Shown: positions 49,458-59,792 of the stretch, piece by piece
How the letters are laid out: each line of letters starts with the position of its first letter
Position numbering within the stretch: the stretch's first letter is position 1
Made by a program: the position numbers and the translations under genes
Assembly: GCA_965218795.1 (NCBI GenBank)
Contig: OZ244653.1
Coordinates: 2,016,001-2,080,000, forward strand
Reading direction: 5' to 3'
DNA length: 64,000 bases
Source: a bacterium
GTDB lineage: Bacteria; UBA8248; JACPRG01; G963555815
Notes under the pieces: model-generated
The model's database searches: none
The model's input: only the letters and a program-made list of their open reading frames with translations
Told to the model about the DNA's origin: nothing

Positions 49458-50504
49458 ATGGACGCACTGCGAAACAGCATCACGGCTGTCGCCGGCCTGG
49501 TGACGGCGTTCCTCCTCGGAGCCCTCTTGCTCCACCTGTCGGGACATGACCCGTTGGAGGCTTTCCACGTCCTCTTTTTCGGGGCGTTCGGAAGTATCAA
49601 CCGGATCGGCGAAACGCTTGTCAAGGCGACACCTCTCCTCATGCTCGGGCTTGCCGTATCTGTCGCCTTTCGCTGCCAGATCTGGAACATCGGCGTGGAG
49701 GGTCAGTTTCTCGCGGGCGCTATCGCCTCCATCGGGTTCGGGCTCGCCTTCCCCGATCTTCCCAAGCCGCTCGCCCACGTTCTTCTCCCGCTCGCCGGTT
49801 TTGCGGGGGGGGCGCTTTGGGGGCTCTTGCCCGCCTATCTGAAATCCCGCCTCAATGTGAATGAAGTCATCACAACGCTCATGATGAATTACGTTGCCAT
49901 CTATGCGTTGGCCTATCTTGTGCGAGGCCCCCTGCTCGACCCACAGGGTTTCGGATTTCCCCAGTCGCCCACCATTGCGGAGGCCTATCGTCTGCCCATC
50001 ATTCTCGGCACGACACGCCTGCACGCGGGGTTCCCGGTGGCGCTGGGGTTGATGAGCCTGGGGTTGATCTTCTGGCGAACCACCCTGGGATACCGGTTCG
50101 AGGTGGTGGGGGCCAGCCGGGAGACCGCCCGGTTCGGCGGAATCGCCGTCGACCGGACGCTGATGAGCAATCTTTTGATCAGCGCCGGGGTCGCAGGGCT
50201 TGCGGGATGGAGCGACGCGCTGGGCATCCATCATCGGCTGATTGACGATTTCGCCATCGGCTACGGAAACCTGGGAATCGTTGCCGCCCTGTTGGGCGGA
50301 TTACACCCGGTCGGCGTCGCAGCGGCTTCGATCGTCTTCGCGTCCCTTGTGGTCGGCGGACAGACGATGCAGCGGCTGGCGGGAATTCCCTTCGCCCTGG
50401 TGGATGTCCTGCAGGGGCTGATCATCATCCTGATCATCGGCCGGGTGTCGCTGGCTCATCCTCGCCGACGGAGACGCCGGCGCCGCATGGAGGCCCCTGC
50501 CTGA
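49458..50504 (+). CDS. Nucleoside ABC transporter permease
   Basis: WNIGVEGQ, NEVITTLMMNY. Confidence 0.92.
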   Translation: MDALRNSITAVAGLVTAFLLGALLLHLSGHDPLEAFHVLFFGAFGSINRIGETLVKATPLLMLGLAVSVAFRCQIWNIGVEGQFLAGAIASIGFGLAFPDLPKPLAHVLLPLAGFAGGALWGLLPAYLKSRLNVNEVITTLMMNYVAIYALAYLVRGPLLDPQGFGFPQSPTIAEAYRLPIILGTTRLHAGFPVALGLMSLGLIFWRTTLGYRFEVVGASRETARFGGIAVDRTLMSNLLISAGVAGLAGWSDALGIHHRLIDDFAIGYGNLGIVAALLGGLHPVGVAAASIVFASLVVGGQTMQRLAGIPFALVDVLQGLIIILIIGRVSLAHPRRRRRRRRMEAPA

Positions 50505-51445
50505 TGGAGCAGATCCTGACCTCGGCGTTTCTGATCAGCCTGCTGGCGGCGAGCATCCGGATGGCCACTCCGATTCTGCTCACCGCACTGGGGGAGGTCT
50601 ATACGGAGCGCTCCGGAATTCTGAACCTCGGCCTGGAGGGGATGATGCTTCTGGGGGCGTTCGGCGGGTTCTGGGGAGCGCACTCCTCCGGCTCCCTCTG
50701 GATTGGGTTGGCCGTGGCCGCGCTTTCCGGGATGACGGCGGGCTTCCTCTACGGCGTTGTCGTCATCACGCTTCGGGCCAATCAGATTGTCGCCGGACTG
50801 GCGTTCACGATATTCGGGGGCGGTTTGTCCACTTACCTGTTCCGGGCGGTCTATGGGATCCGGAAGTTCCCGCCGCGAGTCACCAAGATCCCGCTCCTGG
50901 ATCTACCGGGCCTGTCCGATATTCCGTTCGTGGGACCCATCCTCTTCCAGCACAATCTGATGGTCTACCTGGCCGTGGCGCTCACGGCCGTTGCCGCTTT
51001 CGTCCTGAACCGGACGTTCTTCGGCTTGAAGGTTCGGGCCGTTGGGGAGTTCCCGCAAGCTGCCGACGCCAAAGGGGTGAACGTGACCGTCACCCGATAC
51101 ATCTGCACGACACTGGGGGGCCTCGGCGCGGGCCTTGGGGGCGCGTTCCTCTCGCTTGCATTTCTTGGAACCTATCTCGACAAGATGACCGCAGGGAGGG
51201 GCTTCATGGCGATCGCGGTGGTCTTGTTCAGCAAATGGAGGCCCTGGGCGGCCTTTGCGGTGGCCCTGCTCTTCGGCGGGACCGACGCTCTCCAGCTCCG
51301 GCTTCAGGGGATGCAGACGCCCGTACCTTATCAGGTGTTCCAGGTGATGCCGTATCTGGTCACCATCGCCGCGATGGTGGGCGTATCGAGGCGGGCGGAG
51401 TTCCCGGCGGCCTTCACCCTCCCTTACAGGCGGGAGGAGGGATGA
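50504..51445 (+). CDS. Nucleoside ABC transporter permease
   Basis: ERSGILNLGLEG, ANQIVAG, RAVGE, AGRGFMAIA. Confidence 0.92.
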   Translation: MEQILTSAFLISLLAASIRMATPILLTALGEVYTERSGILNLGLEGMMLLGAFGGFWGAHSSGSLWIGLAVAALSGMTAGFLYGVVVITLRANQIVAGLAFTIFGGGLSTYLFRAVYGIRKFPPRVTKIPLLDLPGLSDIPFVGPILFQHNLMVYLAVALTAVAAFVLNRTFFGLKVRAVGEFPQAADAKGVNVTVTRYICTTLGGLGAGLGGAFLSLAFLGTYLDKMTAGRGFMAIAVVLFSKWRPWAAFAVALLFGGTDALQLRLQGMQTPVPYQVFQVMPYLVTIAAMVGVSRRAEFPAAFTLPYRREEG

Positions 51446-51651
51446 AGCCCGGGGGCTCTCTATCCTGAATCCCCCTGTGGAGCCAAGGCCTTCGACTATG
51501 GGGGTGAGAGGGATCGGGGATCTGTGCAAGGAGACGAGAAATGAAGAAGGGAGCAGCGGTCTTCATCGCAGGGGGGGCATGATCGGAGGAACAATCGAGA
51601 TGCCGCGCACGCAATTGCTCCTTCCGCTCCGGGCAGGCCGGGCCCTTTTGG

Positions 51652-53016
51652 TCAAAAAATCTCGGACGGGCTCTTGACGTCGTCGGGGACGAACTGTTTG
51701 CGGCGCTCCAGGAGGGATATAGCGGCGGCCGTTCCCTGCTCGATGATCTCGTTTTCGTCGGCGTTGACGAGCGCTCCGTCCCGGACGACCCACTTGCCGT
51801 CGACCATGACGTGCTCCACGTCGCTCGGGACCGTGGCATAAACCAGATTGTGCGTCACATTGTAGAACTCGCCGCTCATCACGGGGACCATGTGCAATTT
51901 GTTCAGGTTGACCAGCGTAAGGTCGGCCTTTTTTCCCGCTTCCAGCGAGCCAATCTCGTCCCCCAGACCGAGCGCCCGCGCCCCGTCGATGGTGGCCATG
52001 CGCAAAACCCTCGGGGCTGGCAGCAGAGTCGGATCCATCCGGCGCTCTTTCTGAAGGAGCGAAGCAACCTTCATGTCGTCCCAGAGCTGAAGGCTGTTGT
52101 TCTCTTTCACGCCGTCACTGCCGATCCCGACGATGATCCCCTGCTGGTGCATCGCCACGATGGGCGCCACGCCTGATGCCAGCTTGAGGTTGGAGATCGG
52201 ACAATGCGCGACGCGGGTGCCCGTCTCGGCCACCAGAGCCATCTCCGGCCCGCTCAGCCAAACGCAGTGGGCCAGGATGGTCCGCTCTCCGAGCAGCCGC
52301 TTGTCGTACAGGATCTCGACTTCCCGCTTGCCCAGTCTTCGCTCGACCGTCTGCGCCATGCTCAGCGACTCGTCGGCGTGGATATGGATGCCGACCCCGT
52401 ATTGGTCCGCCCACTCCGTCGTCTGCTGGAAGGCCTTTTCGGTGGAGTAGGTGATGTGTTCGAGGCCGATCCAGACGCGCACGCGGCCGTCGGCGTAACC
52501 GTGGTGGCTTTCGATGAGCCGCCGGTTGTCCTCCATGCTTTCGAAGTATTCGTACCCCGGTCGGTCGGCGCAGTAGGGGGCCAGGTTCGCCCGGAGGCCG
52601 AGCCGCTCAGCGGCCTCCGCCGCACGGTGCATGTATCGGTACATGTCGAGGACGCAGGTGGCCCCGGCCTTCAGGTTCTCGGCGTAGGAGAGCATGCACG
52701 CGGCAGCGGCTTCCTCATCGTTCAGGGCCTTGTGCATGGGGTCGATGAATTTGTAGAGCCACTCGAAGACGGGCAGGTCCTCGGCGGTCCCGCGGATGAG
52801 GCCGGAGTGCATATGGAGGTTGACGAGACCGGGCATGACGGCGTGGGTGCTTGCGTCGATGACCTCGGCGTTCGGGTTCTCCTTTTGCAGTTCGTCGGCC
52901 GGTCCGACGGCCTGGATCCGATCGTCCTGTACGGCCACGGCGCCGTTTTCGATGACCCGGTCGTCTTCATCCACCGTCAGGACGAATCGGCCCTTGATCA
53001 GAGTTATATCCGCCAT
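51652..53016 (-). CDS. Amidohydrolase, MtaD/cytosine-adenosine deaminase-like
   Basis: PGLVNLHMH, HIHADE, AHCVW, HCPISNLKLASG, GSDG, GKKAD. Confidence 0.9.
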   Translation of the reverse strand: MADITLIKGRFVLTVDEDDRVIENGAVAVQDDRIQAVGPADELQKENPNAEVIDASTHAVMPGLVNLHMHSGLIRGTAEDLPVFEWLYKFIDPMHKALNDEEAAAACMLSYAENLKAGATCVLDMYRYMHRAAEAAERLGLRANLAPYCADRPGYEYFESMEDNRRLIESHHGYADGRVRVWIGLEHITYSTEKAFQQTTEWADQYGVGIHIHADESLSMAQTVERRLGKREVEILYDKRLLGERTILAHCVWLSGPEMALVAETGTRVAHCPISNLKLASGVAPIVAMHQQGIIVGIGSDGVKENNSLQLWDDMKVASLLQKERRMDPTLLPAPRVLRMATIDGARALGLGDEIGSLEAGKKADLTLVNLNKLHMVPVMSGEFYNVTHNLVYATVPSDVEHVMVDGKWVVRDGALVNADENEIIEQGTAAAISLLERRKQFVPDDVKSPSEIF

Positions 53017-53314
53017 GAGTCAACACTCCCCGTTCTGTACCGCGAATGGATTTCTATCGGCTCATCCGCCCGTGACCAGAATGCTCCCGCGCGACTCTTT
53101 TACAACATGCGGAGCTGATTGACCATGAATCCCACTAAAGTTCTCGCTTCAATCGAGAAGATAAACGAGGAGAAAGCCTTTTGAACGATTGGGAAAAACG
53201 TTGATGCTGGTTCCCGGAGAGGCGATCTGCTGTAGCGAGGGTTTTCAAGGTTTTGACTCTACATTCCGGTTGGCTTTCGTCTTATGCGCGGCATGCGCTC
53301 GCAACTTCGATCAC

Positions 53315-53352
53315 AAAAGAAAAGGGGCCAGCCTTGTGCATTGGCTAGCCCC
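53315..53352 (-). terminator. Probable terminator after tRNA-Thr
   Basis: On the minus strand GGGGCTAGC...GCTGGCCCC followed by TTTTCTTTT. Confidence 0.6.
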
Positions 53353-53360
53353 GATTCCTC

Positions 53361-53435
<75 letters not shown>

Positions 53436-53524
53436 CTCAATCTTCCATCCCTTCAATTCGCGGGCCAAACGGCCGACCGATAATTTAGTGCCATCCCCCC
53501 GCCCGCGTCAACGACGGCCAGCCT

Positions 53525-53707
53525 GTGTCTCAATTTGAATCTCTCCCCCCGTCATTCCTGCGGAAGCAGGAATCCACAGGCGAGTCTCTGCATTCCAAGG
53601 ACGTGTATCCCCTCCCTGGATTCCCGCATTCGCGGGAATGACCAAAGGAGAGGCTTGCTCTGGTGGTGAGCATCCAGGACGTTCACGCTGAGTTCAAACT
53701 GAGACAC
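53525..53707. mobile_element. MITE-like element (183 bp) enclosing a REP doublet
   Basis: 15-bp terminal inverted repeats GTGTCTCAATTTGAA / TTCAAACTGAGACAC (1 mismatch); inverted REP pair at 53551-53576 and 53617-53642. Confidence 0.65.
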
Positions 53708-53831
53708 TACCTCCGCCTGCCGCCCCGGCTCTTGCATCGCCGTTTTTGGTAGAATAGGTAAAGAAGAGCCGGGACTTTCGGGGCGCGGAAGTTTCAAAAT
53801 GCATTGATTGTAACGAATTCGAGGAAACCCG

Positions 53832-54914
53832 GTGCTGAAATCACCCATCGACGGCCTGCACGAGAAACTGGGCGCCGTCACCGACCCGCTCGATGACTGG
53901 GACGGATGGGACATCCCCGCACACTACGGAGACGTCCGGGCGGAATACGACGCGGCCCGAACCTCCGCGGTCCGGACCGATCGCTCCCACCGGACCCTGC
54001 TCCGCCTCGTCGGAGAGGACTCCCTGAGATTCCTCCAGAACATTCTGACGAACGACGTGGCCGCGCTTCAGCCCGGGGAGGGGACGTACGCCGCCCTGCT
54101 GATAGCGACAGGGAAGATGATCGCCGATTTCCGCGTGGCCGTGCTGTCCGATTCGATCCTCCTCGACACCGAAGCCGGCTGCCGGGGGACGGCCTTCCCC
54201 GAGCTCGACAAGTTCAACCTCGGCTACGACTGCGAGATGGAAGACATCTCGGACGATCTGGGCATGGTCACGCTGGCCGGTCCCCAATCACCTGATGCCG
54301 TCAGGGCGGTTTTGGGCGATGCGCCAAGCGGGGATTCGCTCTACGCCTCCATCGAGGCCGGGTGGAAGGGCGAGAAAGCCGTCGCCGCAGCGACGGACCG
54401 GCTGGGGGTCCCGGCCATCGACGTCATCGTCCCGATCAAAGCCCTGCCCTCTTTATGGGAGGCCTTCGGCTCCGTGCCGCCGGCGGGGTACGCCGCCCTC
54501 GACATCCTCCGGGTGGAAGCCGGGATTCCCAGGTTCGGTGACGACATGGACGACACCGTGAACCCCATGGAGGTAGGGCTGATAAACGCCCTCGATTTCG
54601 ACAAGGGGTGTTACGTCGGTCAGGAGGTCGTCGCAAAGATCGAATCGCTGGGACACGTCAACCGCAATTGGGTCGGCCTGAAGGTGGACGCCGACCTCCC
54701 CCCGGAACCCGGGGCGACGCTGTTCAAGGACGGGAAAAAGGTGGGGCACGTCACGAGCGCGGTACGGTCCCCCCGGCTGGGTACGTGCCTGGTCTTGGGA
54801 TACGTCCACCGGAAGGCTTCGACCCCGGGCACGTCCCTCGAGGCGGAGCTTCGCGAGGCCCGCCTTCCGGCGGTCGTCGTCGAGACGCCGTTCACCGGGA
54901 ATGCAGGGGCGTGA
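53832..54914 (+). CDS. ygfZ: Folate-binding YgfZ/GcvT-family protein
   Basis: KGCYVGQE signature, FLQNILTND, LRVEAG. Confidence 0.9.
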   Translation: MLKSPIDGLHEKLGAVTDPLDDWDGWDIPAHYGDVRAEYDAARTSAVRTDRSHRTLLRLVGEDSLRFLQNILTNDVAALQPGEGTYAALLIATGKMIADFRVAVLSDSILLDTEAGCRGTAFPELDKFNLGYDCEMEDISDDLGMVTLAGPQSPDAVRAVLGDAPSGDSLYASIEAGWKGEKAVAAATDRLGVPAIDVIVPIKALPSLWEAFGSVPPAGYAALDILRVEAGIPRFGDDMDDTVNPMEVGLINALDFDKGCYVGQEVVAKIESLGHVNRNWVGLKVDADLPPEPGATLFKDGKKVGHVTSAVRSPRLGTCLVLGYVHRKASTPGTSLEAELREARLPAVVVETPFTGNAGA

Positions 54915-55011
54915 TCGGAGAAGCGTCACTTGGAATGTAAATCGAGGTCGGGGTTGCCGACAACCCTTCCGGCAGGTCGCGAACGGTCGTCGGACGCTTC
55001 CGTTCAATTGC

Positions 55012-55041
55012 TTGACACCCGCCGGACGCCCAATATATATG
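55012..55041 (+). promoter_or_regulatory. Putative sigma70 promoter of the tRNA-Lys/Glu pair
   Basis: TTGACA followed 16 bp later by TATATA, about 45 bp upstream of tRNA-Lys. Confidence 0.5.
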
Positions 55042-55085
55042 GAGTCCAACGGGAAAGGGTTCTCGCTCCCAATGAGCGTATCGTT

Positions 55086-55161
55086 GGGCCGCTAGCTCAT
55101 CAGGTAGAGCACCTGCCTTTTAAGCAGGTGGTGCCAGGTTCGAGTCCTGGGCGGCTCACCA
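55086..55161 (+). tRNA. tRNA-Lys(TTT)
   Basis: GGGCCGC acceptor stem, CCTGC-CTTTTAA-GCAGG, GGTTCGAGTCC, CCA end. Confidence 0.96.
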
Positions 55162-55202
55162 AAAGTTCGATTGATTCATTACCGGCCAAACCCATTTTTA
55201 CC

Positions 55203-55280
55203 GTCCCCATCGTCTAGCCTGGCCCAGGACACCGCCCTTTCACGGCGGCAACGGGGGTTCGAATCCCCCTGGGGACGCCA
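55203..55280 (+). tRNA. tRNA-Glu(TTC)
   Basis: GTCCCCA acceptor stem, CCGCC-CTTTCAC-GGCGG, GGTTCGAATCC, CCA end. Confidence 0.96.
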
Positions 55281-55506
55281 GTTCAATCAACCAGTTATAT
55301 GTCTACTATTTTCAGTCCGCTTCGATTCACAGACTTTGTACGGACAACCCGGTTCCGGGTCGCCCCCTTTCCGGCCCGTTTTTCGCTAAACGGCAAAGGC
55401 GGGCGGATAGGGAAGTCTGCCCCTGCGGCCCGGGGACGTTGGTCGTAGGGGCCGGCCCGTTCATTCAGGCGGGAGGGGAAGGACAGCCACAGGCTGAAGG
55501 CCCTTC

Positions 55507-55725
55507 CAGCAGGCCCGGGACTTTGCGACGCAAATGCTAACTGAAGCAGAGAGCATCGAGTTACGCGATATCGGGCGTGGCAGGTACTTCCGACTGATCG
55601 CCGATGTTTGGGCTGAGGGACAGAACCTTGCAACCGCGCTGATCGAGATTGGCTTTGGACGCGCCTATGCGGGCGAGAAGCGTGGCGGGTGGTGCACCAC
55701 TTACACGGAACGAGAACTGCAATGA
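55507..55725 (+). pseudogene. Thermonuclease (SNase) C-terminal fragment
   Basis: ARDFATQML...IELRDIGRGRYFRLIADVW..G..LA..LI..G..RAY.G; N-terminal half absent. Confidence 0.7.
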
Positions 55726-56806
55726 AGATTACCGACGATTCAGCCCTTTTCTCGACGCTCGTTTCCGACGCCAAGCGTGCTGACTCACCGCTCATTCGAA
55801 ACAACTACTGGATGACCTACAGGGTGCGAATCAGAGGTGAATTGGAAAAGAACGGACTCGTGAATCTGCGACAGAACCATAAGCTCCTGAAGGGTTTTGT
55901 GGTGAGTGGGATGCCTCAACCGACACCACCATCAACCGCTTGGAAAAGAGGGGTGTGGCGCGCCATCGAAACATTTCCCGGGATCAACGAAGGTGGTTGC
56001 CGAATATCGTCGACTCAATCGTGTGATCCATAATCGAGCGGTGTGCTACCGAACGACTGTTGCGGAAATTTGTTTCGACGACATTTGCAAGTGCTTCCCT
56101 AACTTCCGACCGATAGAAGGCACTGGGAACGGCGGCGCGGACGATCTGTTCGTTCGAGACGGTGTGAGATAAGCACAGAATGGGTGAGTATCTCGCACGG
56201 GCGGCGGACTTTTACAGTCACGTATCGCCGGCGGACGTAGAAACGTTCATTGAAGTAGGACCTGGGCTCGGCTTGAATACGCTGGCACATATCGCCCTGA
56301 ATCCGCACCTGCGTACGGTCGTGAATTGCGACCTCCCGGAAGTTCTCTATATCTCTACGCAATTTCTCAAATCCATCCCGTCCGTTTCGGTTGTTGATTA
56401 TCTTGAAATCAGAGAGAGGGAGTTTCAGCCGATTCCAAGTCCGAATCATACCACATGTGTGATTTACCAGATTCCCCCATGGAGCCTTTCGAACCTGAGT
56501 GGTACATTTGACTATTTTCTCAATTCATATTCTTTTCAAGAAATGGAGAGCGACATAGTCGAATCGTATATTTCCATAGTTCTCCCTTTATTGCGTAGAG
56601 GAGCGTACATTCAGAATGCGGTCCAGGGTCATGAACCGGGCGTGGGTGGCATGAAAGCTTACGTCACCAAGCCCTTCGTCAAGGGCTGTTTCACCCGAGA
56701 AGGATTCACCGAAAAGCCATTTGAACCTCTATATGGATCACGGTATTGGTCAGACGTGAAAAACCATTGCCTGCTCCTCGATGCTTGTCGGTCGTTGCGT
56801 TCATAG
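55722..56806 (+). pseudogene. Frameshifted putative sugar O-methyltransferase
   Basis: Pieces join across shifts near 55990, 56167 and 56185; EVGPGLG, DLPEVL, FDYFLNSYSFQEM motifs. Confidence 0.7.
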
Positions 56807-56829
56807 TCTGTTGCTCCTGGTTTGGAGTT

Positions 56830-57269
56830 GGCCCACTATCGGTGCTGCCCAGGTGATGCCCGAAACGGTCCAGGCGTCGCTTTTGGGTTGCCATTCCCGC
56901 GCGCCCTTGGCGAGTGCGGCCGTCGCGTCGTGCTCGTCTTCCGCCGCGCCATCTCAGCCTCGGCCTTCACCCTCAAGACCGCCGCCTTTAGCGCCTTGAG
57001 GGTGGGCTTTAGCGGGGTGGGAGGGCTGTGCACGCGGCGTGGGCCTTCCGGTAAGTCTCGATCTTCTTCAGATATCCCTCCCCATCCGCCCAGGGCAGAT
57101 CGCCCTCGAACCGGCTCTCAGCATCGTAAAGGACGTGCCGGACGCCGCTGATGTACTCGCGGACAATCATCCCCGGGGCAGAGCATAACCTGGCTCGTCC
57201 TTGAGAAACTCATCCAGCGTGCATACGAAATCTTGGATGGTGATATGTCCATCCAGGTGGTCGAAACAT
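56830..57269 (-). pseudogene. Frameshifted phage-like hypothetical gene downstream of the tail-collar gene
   Basis: AGGAGG RBS and ATG 57269; protein-like text HLDGHITIQDFVCTLDEFLKDEPGYALP / GMIVREYISGVRH...GDLPWADGEGY continues across several frameshifts; 3' end approximate. Confidence 0.55.
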
Positions 57270-57281
57270 AGCACCCCCTCC

Positions 57282-58034
57282 TTAAAGCTTGATCATGGTG
57301 TTCAGAAACACCGTGGGCTGCATGTTGTTGTGTGACCCACCTTCACCAGTCGATTGGGTTGTCCTATTGGGAGTAGTTCCTGCCTGGGTTCCGTAGGGAG
57401 AATCGCTGTCCAACCGAACCCTCCGAGAAAGGTTGTTAGGGGTATAGACGAACCTGTCCAGATATTCATGCGTATGAGCAGGAATCTCCGCCACGGTCAA
57501 GAGATGCCTCTCGGTCCCGATTGTGGCGCCAAGCGTCCGCCTGCTGAGCCCGCTGCCGTTTCCGGCTACGCCCAGGGCTCGGCCGATCACCTTGGTGAGC
57601 TGCAAGGGCTTATTCGCCGCCCAATCAACCGCGGCGGACGAGCCCCGGCCGCCCTGTACCGGGGCGTACGAGTCGGAGAGATTAGACCACAGGAGCGTGT
57701 ACAGGTCCTTTACGTCCGCGTTGGCCCGCGATGTGGCTCCCGAGCTCGTCGAGCCGATAGTGCCGTCATTCATGAGAAGCCACCCGGCGGGGGAGACGCT
57801 CGCCAGCGTCAATTTTACGTCGCCCGTGTGCCATGCGGTCGCGGTATCGGCTACCAAGACACCGCTGGCGAGCTTGTCCTCAGTCACGGCTCCATCGGCG
57901 ATGTGCGTGTGGTTGATGACCCGTTCGCCGATCTTCTCTCCGGTCACGGCGTTGGGTGCGATTTCCGATTCCGTGATGGCTTCGTTGGCGATATGCTTTG
58001 TCTCGACCGTCTGGTCGCCGATTGTGCCGGTCAC
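57282..58034 (-). CDS. Phage tail-fibre/tail-collar domain protein, probably 5'-truncated
   Basis: AVT.EKI repeats, TGDVK...PAGWLLMNDG, LTVAEIPAH, HNNMQPTVFLNTMIKL. Confidence 0.82.
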   Translation of the reverse strand: MTGTIGDQTVETKHIANEAITESEIAPNAVTGEKIGERVINHTHIADGAVTEDKLASGVLVADTATAWHTGDVKLTLASVSPAGWLLMNDGTIGSTSSGATSRANADVKDLYTLLWSNLSDSYAPVQGGRGSSAAVDWAANKPLQLTKVIGRALGVAGNGSGLSRRTLGATIGTERHLLTVAEIPAHTHEYLDRFVYTPNNLSRRVRLDSDSPYGTQAGTTPNRTTQSTGEGGSHNNMQPTVFLNTMIKL

Positions 58035-58155
58035 GCTGAACGATACTTGATTGGACCTGGAATCACTCCTTTCAGGTCTTGAGGACGGGGCCGATCGGGC
58101 CGGTCGTGGAGGCGTCTTAACTTCATCCGTAGGAATATGGTATTATTATTGCTAA

Positions 58156-58171
58156 CTATCAAGCATGATAG
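58156..58171. promoter_or_regulatory. Palindromic operator candidate upstream of the repressor
   Basis: CTATCA-agca-TGATAG in an AT-rich divergent spacer, overlapping two GCTAAC copies. Confidence 0.45.
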
Positions 58172-58194
58172 CTAACAATTGCGAGAAATATTTC

Positions 58195-58956
58195 ATGCCC
58201 GAGAAGAAGCGTCTTCCAAAACAGATTATTACAGCCCTTTGGGGGACCAATCGGAAGACAGCCAAAAGGCTAAGTGAGGCCCTTGGACGGGAGATCAAAG
58301 AGCAGTTGGTCAGCAAATGGGTCAACCATGGGATCCCTGAAGATACCGGGATCCCTGAAGATACCCTTTTTCGGATCCATGAGGGGTTCAAGAGGGAGAG
58401 TGGTCCAAGCAGCGCCTGCGCCCCGGAACCCGCAGCGCAATGGCGCGGCCGCCTTCCCCCCATGTCCAGGCTGGAGGTGTGGACGCACGAGGAATACAGG
58501 GAGCGGGTGAACGAGCTGGAGGGGCCGGAGTCCTACACGGCGATTCCGCTCATCTCAGACCCGATAGCGGCCGGGGCGGGAGCGGTCATCGACGCCGACA
58601 AGATAGAGGGCTTCGCCGTGATTTACAGTGATTGGGTGCCTGCGGGCCGGGTGACGGCCGTGCGCGTCACGGGGGAGTCCATGACGCCCACGCTGCCGGA
58701 AGGCTCGCTGATCGCCGTCCACCATGATCCCGCCTTCATAGAAGACGGTCGTCTTTACTGCCTGTACGACCGCGCGTCAGAGGGTGCGATCGTCAAGCGT
58801 ATTCGCTTGACGGATTACGCGGGGACCTACATCGTTGAATCCGACAACCCGGACGGCGCGAGGTTCCCGCCCATGGTGTGGCGCAGGGACGAACCCGAAG
58901 AGGTCCAGACGTTCCGGATGATCGGGAGGGTCATCTGGAGCTGGACGAGGTTCTGA
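58195..58956 (+). CDS. CI/LexA-like repressor with S24 peptidase domain
   Basis: HTH-like VSKW, IAAGAG cleavage site, VTGESMTPTL (Ser), IVKR (Lys), IGRVIW. Confidence 0.88.
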   Translation: MPEKKRLPKQIITALWGTNRKTAKRLSEALGREIKEQLVSKWVNHGIPEDTGIPEDTLFRIHEGFKRESGPSSACAPEPAAQWRGRLPPMSRLEVWTHEEYRERVNELEGPESYTAIPLISDPIAAGAGAVIDADKIEGFAVIYSDWVPAGRVTAVRVTGESMTPTLPEGSLIAVHHDPAFIEDGRLYCLYDRASEGAIVKRIRLTDYAGTYIVESDNPDGARFPPMVWRRDEPEEVQTFRMIGRVIWSWTRF

Positions 58957-59565
58957 CCAAACGAGGCTTCAATGCATACCAAGAGGATAGCTCTTTTCCT
59001 CATTGTGAGCACAAAAAAACAAAAAGGGAGCAGATTATTTTTCGCGCAACGTATTCGCAAGCGGCTTTCAGGGCCTCGGCCGCTAAGTTACCTAGTTGTA
59101 AACGAAAAGTTCAAGCCCCAATGGAGCAAAAGAACGCTGAATAGTAACCTGCTATCCCTGCGTTGATGACCTCTGCATGATCGTGCTTTTTATTGGCTTT
59201 TTTTACTGGACTTTTCGGGCGCTGTATTTCGTCCGGTTTGCCGAAAGAAAAGGCCCTTGAAACGCCTATAAAAAGGCGTCGCAAGGGCCTTTTTCGACCG
59301 TTGCACGGTCACAATCTACAATTATTTCTTTTGGATTTTCGGGTCTTTCCGGTGGGCCGTCCGGTATTTCTCAGCGGCGCGCTGACCGCCCATCCCGGCC
59401 CCAAGGCGGTTCAACCCCTCATGTCTTTAATTTGTCCCGGAAAAGGCGCTTGTTACGCGATTATTAGGCGTTTGAGGCAGGAAAGCGACGGTCGGATTCG
59501 GGCGAAGGATCAGGCGTTCACGAGCACATTGCCGAGCGGGATCTCGTCCCCTTCAACTCCCCTCT

Positions 59566-59615
59566 CCCACGGTATCCCACGGTATCCCACGGTAAAACAC
59601 GGCAAAACACGGTCT
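59566..59615. repeat. Five tandem 10-bp CACGG-core repeats
   Basis: CCCACGGTAT x2, CCCACGGTAA, AACACGGCAA, AACACGGTCT. Confidence 0.75.
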
Positions 59616-59792
59616 CCCGGCCCCTACAGTTATTTCTGATCCTCCTCAACCTCGAATCCCGGTCCCATCTTTTGTTGGAGCAAAGCAGGGCAGGTTTTAC
59701 CCTCTGGAGACTCAAACCCCGTAACAGAAGATACTCCCATCGCCTCTTCACCTCAGACCGGGCCGGCCGCGCCTGCCCTTCCACAAGGGAAA

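Noticed and set aside
53100-53360. Island integrated at tRNA-Thr
   Set aside because: No duplicate of the tRNA-Thr 3' end and no mobile genes seen downstream
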